Assembly (NCBI GenBank): GCA_051453625.1
Contig: JBOZIK010000001.1
Location: 4,638,787 to 4,694,906, forward strand
Direction of reading: 5' to 3'
Length of the DNA: 56,120 bases
Source of the DNA: Welwitschia mirabilis
Lineage: Eukaryota
Under the pieces are notes generated by a model. That model saw nothing but the letters and a program-made list of their open reading frames with translations. It was not told the origin of the DNA and searched no databases. The translations under genes were made by a program, and so were the position numbers. Below, piece after piece: positions 47,706 to 56,120 of the stretch. Numbering within the stretch: the first letter of the stretch is position 1; every line of letters starts with the position of its first letter.

Positions 47706-47723
47706 TAGCATCATTGTTGAGAA
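47706..47723 (+). promoter_or_regulatory. Decayed Athila-type PBS (tRNA-Asp)
   Basis: TAGCATCATTGTTGAGAA differs from TGGCGCCGTTGCCGGGGA only by G>A and C>T transitions. Confidence 0.7.
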
Positions 47724-48174
47724 AGGCTATCAAGGAGTACAAAGGTTGTCATCTTTCAGATAAGTATTTCGGATATTTATCTATTCAGTGTTGTAGTTTA
47801 TTACATCTATAGGTTTTCTCTGTGTACTGAGTTTCAGTTTGATTTTTTGGATTTTTTGCTTTCTGTTAAAAATTGTAGTCGTCCACTATGTCGGCCACAC
47901 GGTAGTAAGGACGACATTTATATTTTTGATTTTTCAGTTGATTTTGGATTTTTTTTATTTTTCTGTGATAAATTGAGTTCTATCGTCTCTTTTGACGTTT
48001 AGAAGATAAACAGGACAATAGACATTTCTATCCGTTTTTTGTTTGCATTTTGATTCTATTTTTGTTTTTTCTATTTTTTCCTTTGTATGTCGTCTCTTTT
48101 GGCATCCGCGACAACATATAGGATGACAGTCTGTTATTTTCTGATTTGTTTTTTGTTGTTTACTTCTTTACAGG

Positions 48175-49890
48175 ATGCTATGATATGGTAAATCTGGAGA
48201 AGAAATTTCTTAGGGAAAAGAAGCTAATAGAATAGGACCTCAAAGAAGGACTAGAAATCTTAAAAAAAGAGTAGGAAAAACACTCTCTAGATGCACTCAA
48301 TCCTCCTTTAGAATTTATTTTTTCTAAATATGATTTTCTTAACAAAAAATCTATAGAAGGAGAAGACCAACCTATAATGTTGAGTGCTTCCCATAAAAAA
48401 AAATAAGTCATAGCGTCTTCTACCCCTAATGCCAACCTCACCCTTAGAGAACTATTAGCCAACAAAAATAGAGAAATTCAAACTCTATTTGACCTACCTT
48501 TAGGGGATGATGTAGAACTTAAAAATTTACATGCTTATCCAACTTTTAGTGAAGAAGAGGATAAGGATCCTATTCAACACATTGGAGACATTGGGCAACT
48601 TATCCCCACCTTAGGAAATGGAAAGAAAGGAATAACAAATAGAACATACATAGTGATCTTTCCCGTGACTTTAAAAGGTAAGGCAAAATTATGGCTAAAA
48701 ACATTACCCCATAAAAGCCTCAAAACATGGGATCAAGTCCAGGAAACCTTTATAAAAATATTCATAAGTGAAGAAACCATAAGAAAAAGAAAAAGTGAGG
48801 TAACAAATTTTTAACAAAATCCAAATGAAGACTATGCCTCCGCATATGAACATTTCTTTGTAGCAATCCACTCTAATCTAGTAGATACTTTTTTAAAGGT
48901 AGAATAACTAAACTACTTTTATAGTGGATTGACTCCCCACACAAAACAACTTATAGATTTTTTTTTGTAGAGGAACCTTTTAAACCTCACCTTAGATGAA
49001 GCCTGGAAAAAATTAGAAGAAATTGTGGAGGTTAGTAAAACTTGGTCAACACCAAAAAAAATCAAAAAGTAGGCCAACTTATCAAAGGATTAAAACAAGT
49101 GAAGCAAAAAGAGGTAGAAGACAACCTTTCAAATCTTATCAGGGAATTTACAACAACCTTGGAGAAATACACATAAATGATTTTAGATGCTAAAAATGCC
49201 ACTGAGAGAAATGTTATGCAATCATGTGATTTATGTGAGGACAACTATCATGTTACCAAAAATTATCCTCTTTTACCAACTTACAAAGAGAGAATCCGAG
49301 AGGAAGTTTTTACTTTTAATCAACCATCTCAAAACTTCCAAAACCAAAACCAAGCACAACATAGGTTGAACCCTCATTTCCAAAATAATCATTAATCTTT
49401 TAGAAACTGAAATACATATTACCAACCAAATTCATTTAACTTTCAACATCCAAATGATCCTCTTGCAAACTCCATAGATGAAATGAGAAAAACACAAGAG
49501 GCAACAAATGCTAATATAGATAACTTAATAAATGTCCTTCAACAAACTTTATTAGTAAACCATAGACCTCAAGGAATTTTAGCCATACAACCTTTACCTA
49601 ACCTGAATGAGTTAAGAAAAGATTGCAAGGTTGTAACAAGAAGTGGCTAAGAAATGAACCCTCCTCTATGTGAACCATCCACCTCATATAATAATGAAGA
49701 GGAAGAGGAAGATGATGACTTAACTTTTAATGATCATTTAAAAGCCTTGATGAAAAATGTAAGCATAAGTCTTTCTTTTTGGAAAGTTTTACAAGAAAAT
49801 TTGGGGTATGCAAAACTTTGGAAAGACTTGATAAAAAGAAAGAAAAAAGAGTCATTCCTAGTAAGGTCTTTCTTGCCTAATTCCTCATAA
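48175..49890 (+). pseudogene. gag pseudogene
   Basis: IFPVTLKGKAKLWLKTLPHKSLKTWDQVQETF, FYSGL, CDLCEDNYH..NYP and a Q/N-rich linker. Stops and frameshifts present. Confidence 0.85.
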
Positions 49891-49898
49891 ACTTAGTA

Positions 49899-50498
49899 TT
49901 GCAAAAATCACCAAAATTTAAAGATCTAGGAGCAGAAATGGTGAATGTTATAATAGAGGGAAACAAAAAGATAAAAAAAGCATTAATTAACATTGGAGCG
50001 AGTGTGAACATTATGTCACTTTACATTTGTAAGAGGCTTTGTTTAGAAGATAGAATAAAGCCTACCTCGGTTATCTTAGAATTAGCAGATACATCAATTA
50101 AGAAACCAATAGGTGTAATTAAAGATTTGGTAATTCAAATAGAAGAGGCTTGCTACCCCATTGATGTGATAATCATGGAAGTTGAGCATGATAGAGGATA
50201 TTCTTTACTTTTAGGTAGATCCTTTTGTGTAACAGCTCATTGCATCATTGATACAAGAAAAGGAACAATGAAATGTCATTTTAGTAATAGAACTTTCACG
50301 ATTAGAGTCTTTGATATAGCTGAAAAAGATCTGGGTGATGATGAAATAAACAATGAAAACAATGTCAAACCCACTTTATTTTTGCAACATAATCCACTTA
50401 AAAAAGAAGAAATAAAACCAAGTAAGCATGTGCTTTATAATGATCAACTTAAGAAAGAAGAGGAAGAAAAGAAATATTTTGAGTATAAGGAAGTCTAA
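49899..50498 (+). pseudogene. Retrotransposon aspartic protease (catalytic D replaced by N)
   Basis: KFKDLG..KALINIGASVNIM..LELADTSIKKPIGVIKDLVI..LLLGRSF. Confidence 0.88.
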
Positions 50499-53149
50499 CT
50501 TATCAAGAAAAATCATAAGGGGGATTGTCCATTTTATGAGTTAAAAAGTAAAAATCATAAAATAAATTTGAAAAAGAAAAATGTTTTCAATGGGCATCAA
50601 GGTAATTTTCTTTATAATATTCCTCTTGCATTTTATGAAAATATTTTATCCAAAATACTTTATCTCTCCCCTTTGACTTCCAAAATATGTACTTTAATAT
50701 GGCATCATAAAGCACTCTCCATTACTCCTCTCTTTATCTAATTGAGTTTACTTGAAAATAATTGCACATCACTTATGTTTTATTAATTGGTGAATTTTTG
50801 GTTTGGATCATTCTTCTCTAAAAGCTTTTGAGACCATAACAAATCCTTGATTTTCTTTTCTCTATTTTCAATAAAGTGTGCTTTAGCTTTAGGATTTAGT
50901 TTGCTTGCTTTGATTATTTTCTTTTCAGTTTTTTGTTTTTTGTTTTTAGAGTATCTATTTTTTTTTTTTTTTTGTTTTCTGTTTTATTTCTGTTTGCAGC
51001 TTTCCATTCTTTATTTTTTGCTCAAATAAAACATTGTTTCCTATGTTGTATAGACGACTAGATGGACAATAGTCACTCTTTCTTTTTTTGTTCTGTATTC
51101 TTTTTTGTGTATGTCGTCCTATATGTCGTCTAGATGACTATCAGGATGACGGTCCTATTAATTTTGCTCTCTATTATTTTTCAGAAAATACATTTTTATG
51201 ACTCTATTGAAATTTCTGACTTGACTACTTAAGAATTACAAGAAACAAATGGGTAAAAATTGGACTTTCATGAGCAAAACTATTTAAATTTTCTCTTAGC
51301 TTTTTCCTTTGAAAGATTATTATGGCATCACTTGATCATCTTTCAAACTTGACTTATGTATTCATTTCCATGACTAGTCTTTTTGACCTGGGAATTTTAG
51401 TGGTAAGATTAGATTTATCCAATCTCAAGACATTCACACGTCCATGAACTTCAATTAAAGGAAGATGCTTTATTTTTTATGCTTTTCTCAATGGTGAAAG
51501 AATCTTAGGTTGTTTAGAAGTAATCTTTTATATCTTAATATTTTAACTTTAACCTTTGTCTTTTGGAATGTATGGTCATGTGGAATGTGTATGTTTTAAA
51601 AAAAACATAGAGAGAAGAAAGTAATAAATACCATGATGTTTTATGTTTCTATTTCAAAAATATGGTCATCATGATGTCCTACTGTAAGTACACTGGGGCA
51701 AATATTTCCAAGAGGAGCCTTTGGCAGTATAACATGGTAGCTATGAAAACTCCACTGGGAGGTTAGTTGGCCATGTTTCACGGGTCCTTACTTCTCTGAC
51801 AATGGTTGCACTCCCCTCATCATGGGTAATAAAAGTTGTAAGTAAAACTTTAAGACTATGGGATTAGTGGTGTTCCTAGTGTCATCAGAGACATTGCTTG
51901 TTTCTTAGACTCTTAGTCTTTCCATATAATCATTTCATTTCTTGAGATTTTGATGTTTGTTTTAAAGATGACAGTAGAAGAGTTTAATTTTGAGTAATTC
52001 TTTGATTTGATCATTCATTATTTAAAGCATGTTTCTCTAGCATCGTCATAATCACTGCCTTATTGAATGGAATTTTTATACATTAAGTCATGCATTTTTC
52101 ACATCAAGTAATGTTATGATTACTTTCCTTGGAAATTGCTAGGATAAATATTAGAATGGTGAGCTATCTTTTTTTTATGTTATCTTATACCCATTCTTCC
52201 TGTTTTCTTTTGTGGTTTTGTTAGTCATTTCAAAGTTATTACCATATTTTTTAATCATATTTTCTTGTTTTAGCTCTTAATGAAAAAAAAATTCTTTAGG
52301 TTTGTGTTCTTTTTCGAATTTTTTGTGATGTATCCGTTATCCACATAGTCATCCAAACGACACTATGAAGACAACGGTCTGATTTTGACTATCAGTCATC
52401 TTAGGGCTATTATCTAGACGATATGACTAGACGACAGTGTGATAAAAGCACTACCCAATCCTTTTCTTCTCATTTTTCTCTCATTTTCTCTAGCTAGTAC
52501 CAATATTTTAGGACTTGTCCTGCCTGATTTCGTTGCTAGATTTGCAAGATTTCTTTAAATTCACAAAAATGAGGTATGTTTCTCTCTCCTCCTAATTTTT
52601 CATTTTTCTCTCTCTTTTTTTTAGCTTTTCGACATGTAGTTTTAATGTATATTATTCAGTTCATCGTGTTCTTCATTTTGGGACTTATGTATTTGAATTT
52701 CACTTCGTATTTTTCGAGTTATGATCATTTTTATGTATTACGAGGATTTCTCATGTTTTTACATTTCACACTCGTTTTCTTGCAAACCATAAGTCAAAAC
52801 ATAGTGATCCTTTAGGCAAAATTGATCAGTGCGATGTGTTCTACGACTTTACCAGATCAGATTTTCTATTTGAGTACTTTGAGTTTTTTACTTATTGTGG
52901 GGCCCACTACATACACAGTGTTCGGATTTTCTTCATTTTTCTCCATTTCTTTTCTCGTGATTAGGCAATTTAGAATGCATTACATATTTTTAGAAGGGCA
53001 TTGTTAGATTATTTACTAATTAATATCAAACTAATTCCTCTGGTGTAGTGCAAATTTGTTAGATATTGTGTGTAGATGAGTTTGAGTTATGCAGGTAAAA
53101 GATGTGGTTAAAATGCTCGAAAGGAACTGCTAAGTTATTTACCTCTAGT

Positions 53150-53515
53150 GGGGGTCAACCAAATCCTAGAGGAGTCGATCATACCTAACTCAAACACCAC
53201 AGAGATGAACTAAACCCAGAGGGGTCGACCAGATTCTAGAAGGGTCGACTGGACTTGTGATATTAAGAACCAATAGTTCCAGACCGAGAGGAATTAGGTC
53301 GACCGGATATTTATGGGGTCGACCAGATTTGAGGAGCTGACAATCAAGTCCTAGACTAAATGGAAAGGGGTTGACTAGACCCAGGATGAAATCAACCGAA
53401 CTTGAGAAGCTGTCAAGTCCATAGTTCCAGACTGAGAGACAAGGGGTCGACCAGATCTAGGATGGGGTCAACCAAGTTCCTATGGGATTGACTGGATATT
53501 TATGGGGTCGTCTAG
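53150..53515. repeat. Sirevirus U3 palindromic repeat-motif array (GGGGTCGACC, ~12 copies)
   Basis: Intact GGTCGACC at ~53223, 53297, 53317 and 53445, plus transition variants. Confidence 0.88.
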
Positions 53516-53631
53516 ATAGTATGGAAAAGTAAATCATGTAGATATTATATATCCATTACCTAGTCATTTTCTATCTGTTTATAGCTGTTAGAGGTGCAAT
53601 TCAAATGTATCAAACCCTAGTAACCCTCCAT

Positions 53632-53639
53632 TATAAATA
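53632..53639 (+). promoter_or_regulatory. LTR TATA box
   Basis: TATAAATA downstream of the repeat-motif array. Confidence 0.7.
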
Positions 53640-54397
53640 CCTAGGCAAGAGATGACCTAGAGATCTTTTTAGCACATTTTCAAATTGGTATATTTGGTGT
53701 GGATCTAAAAGATCAATTAGCACATTGCATTGGAATATCTATTGTACTTCTTCATATCTAATTAAGGAGATCTATTCTTGGATTAGGCCATTACTCAGAA
53801 TCGAATCTAAGGATCTCATCACTGTATTCATTTGGAGAAGAGCTCCATTCTATGTATTGATACTAAACAAGTGATATCAGAGCTATGAAGGCTTCATTGC
53901 ATCACTTCTATTCATTGTTAAAGGTTAAGGATTAGCCTACAAAAGTCCATTGCCAAAGGTTGAGACTTAGCTTGGAAAATTCTATTGTAAAGGTTGAGAC
54001 TTAGCCCGTAAAAGTCCATTTGTAAGGGTTAACAGGTGAGCCTAGAAAAACCTATTAAGTAACAGAGATCTAAGATCAAGCTTAGGAGAAGCTGATCATC
54101 GAGAGTGGAGTAGGGGAGTTCCAGAACCACTATAAATCCTGCGTGCATCCAAACTGGTAGTTTCTATTTTATGGTTTATACTTTGTTTCTATTTATTCTT
54201 TGTATACATGATTGTGATTTCATTATTCGTTTATATGCATTATATGATTAGAATTTGTTAAGTTATTTTGAGTTTGAAGTTTTTGTAAATGAACCTATTC
54301 ATCCCCTCCCTCCCAGGGTTCTTGATCCTATTATTTGATACCAATGCATAGGTTAGTCTTTGAGCGATCTTAACAGATCTAGACTAAGAACCCTTAA

Positions 54398-56120
54398 ATG
54401 GATAATCTATTTAATAAATCTTTTAGCATATCCACTCTAAATACCTATGCCTTATTCCATTTTTTCTATATAGTATTTGGATATATGTTCAAATAGATTG
54501 TAGAAAGAAAAGACTCTCATGGATCAAAGGAAGGAGAGAACAGAAATAATCAAGAGCATGATAGAAAAAGAAGACTCTCCTTTATGGCATTTATGCCATC
54601 TCTACAAGATGTTCCCAATTCTTTAGTTAATGATGAAGATGAAGTTGATCTGGAAGACACTTGCGAAGAATTATATCATGAATGTAAAAATTTATCCAGA
54701 AGGATTAATGACCTAAACAAGTTTATAAAATCCCTTACCAAAGAAGAGAACGAGTTGGAATCAAGCCTTGAAAAAGTAAAATCATAAAACGTCAGTCTCA
54801 CTTTGCAACTAAAAGATTTGTTATATTTTGTTAATAAGTTTTTAAGTGGATCTAACAGATTGAAACAAATGCTTGAAGTTCAGAAAATGGTTGGAAACAA
54901 ATCAGGTATTGGGTTCATTTCAAATAAACCTCAAGCACATCAAACTCATGTAATTAATTATGGTAATTTTGTTTCAAAAATTACTTGTCATTTTTGTGGG
55001 AAATTAGGTCATTTAAAATTTATATGCAATGTTAAGAAATTAATGTTATTTTCAAATTCTGGTAGTTCTTTTCCATTTAGATTTATCCTTAAGAAGTTTA
55101 CCACATAAGTCTAAAAGGACTAAGTGGATAAAAGCTAATGATCTTAAAAGCTTGTTGAATCAAACAGCTTTTAAAGTCTCAAATAGCACACGATGGTATC
55201 TTAATAGTGGGTGTTCAAGGCACATGACAAAAGGCAAATAAAGATTCAAACATCTCAGCCACTTTGATGGAGGAGAAGTAAACTTCAAAAACAATGAAAG
55301 AGCAAAAATAGAAGGCATTGGAAGCGTTAGTGGATGTAACTTTCCTAAAATTAATGAAGTTTTATATGTAAAAGGTTTGAAGCACAATTTATTAAGCATT
55401 AGTCAGATTTGTGATGAAGGTCATAAAGTAGTCTTTGATAAATCAAAATATGAAATTGTACACGAAAAATCGAACAATGTGATACTTAGAGCTAGCCAAA
55501 TAGATAATGTGTATAGCATAGATCAATTGTTTTCTCCTTGTTATTTTTTGAATGTTCCTCAAGATGAATTATGGAATAAATGTTTAGGACACGTTAATTA
55601 TGACCAATTAAAATTGATTATTCATAAAAATATTGTTAGAGGAATCCCTAAGATAAATATAGAAAAATAAGGGTTGTGTGATGCATGTCAAAAAGGGAAA
55701 CAAATTAGGACTTCTCATAAGATTAAAACCCATGTTTCTACCTTAATGTCATTAGAACTCATCCATATGGATCTAGTTGGATCTGCTCAAACTTGTAGCC
55801 TAGGTGGAAAGCATTATTTTCTCATAATGGATGATGACTACTCTAGATATATGTGGATTACCTTTTTGTCCAACAAATCTAAAGCTTATAAGCATTGGGT
55901 TGAGATTTGTAACAAGATCTAATATGAAAAGGATTACACCATAAAGAAAATAAGAAGTGATCATGGTGGAGAGTTTGAGAACCATCTCTTTAAAAAATAC
56001 TGTATTGAAAACAGTATCAATCATCAATTTTCAGCTTCAAAGACACCACAACAAAATGGTATAGCTGAAAGAAAGAATAGAGTTCTTCAAGAAATTGCTC
56101 GAACTATGCTTAATGATAAA
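54398..56120 (+). pseudogene. Sirevirus gag(partial)-pol pseudogene
   Basis: CHFCGKLGHLKFIC, WYLNSGCSRHMT, LKHNLLSISQICD, LWNKCLGH, CDACQKGKQ, LELIHMDLVG, DDYSRYMW, IRSDHGGEFEN, TPQQNGIAERKNR. Internal stops. Confidence 0.93.

Larger units (their letters stand above)
46581..53001 (+). mobile_element. Athila-like LTR retrotransposon (5' LTR ~46581-47702, gag-protease, non-coding tail), interrupted by the Sirevirus
   Basis: PBS relic, gag and protease; recurrent GTCGTC/GACGAC palindromic motifs; no RT motifs after the protease. The left boundary is approximate. Confidence 0.75.
53002..54333 (+). repeat. 5' LTR of Sirevirus (~1.33 kb)
   Basis: Starts TGTTAG and ends CTATTCATCCCCTCCCTCC..GATCCTATTA. 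Followed by TGATACCAATGC, a decayed iMet PBS at 54336-54347. Confidence 0.75.
53002..56120 (+). mobile_element. Sirevirus (Ty1/copia SIRE), 5' portion, runs off the window
   Basis: LTR with GGTCGACC repeats and TATA, PBS relic, Zn knuckle, protease, GAG-pre-integrase and integrase in copia order. Confidence 0.9.

Noticed and set aside
50847-53007. Phe/Leu-rich 'membrane' ORFs (50847, 52576, 52822)
   Set aside because: Products of T-rich retrotransposon UTR sequence; no support as env or host genes.

Overview
AT-rich, CpG-depleted plant heterochromatin from a draft assembly with several N-gaps. It consists almost entirely of old, nested, pseudogenised LTR retrotransposons, and no intact host gene is recognisable. 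From left to right: (1) a 1.1-kb island of uncertain origin, a tRNA-like relic and a short (CCCTAAA)n tract; (2) a tandem array of ~3.1-kb monomers (2481-10633), each made of a Sirevirus-type 3' linker plus LTR on the minus strand; (3) two Tat/Ogre-type pol relics, one split by a complete CRM-clade chromovirus (13693-18811, TSD ACTAT); (4) a CpG-rich island near 25.5-26 kb; (5) Athila-like elements nested up to three levels deep, two of them apparently gag-protease only; (6) a copia RT fragment; and (7) the 5' half of a Sirevirus running off the right edge. The most unusual structure lies in the array. Each LTR carries the same ~0.8-kb foldback insert, with ~295-bp inverted arms, TG..CA-type ends and a 5-bp TACAC target duplication. 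Its arms are homologous to the U3 end of the Athila-like LTRs found 25-35 kb away, and it sits downstream of the Sirevirus TATA box. This resembles a 'Mu-killer'-like hairpin cassette directed at another retrotransposon family. All family calls come from motif recognition by eye; no database searches were run.
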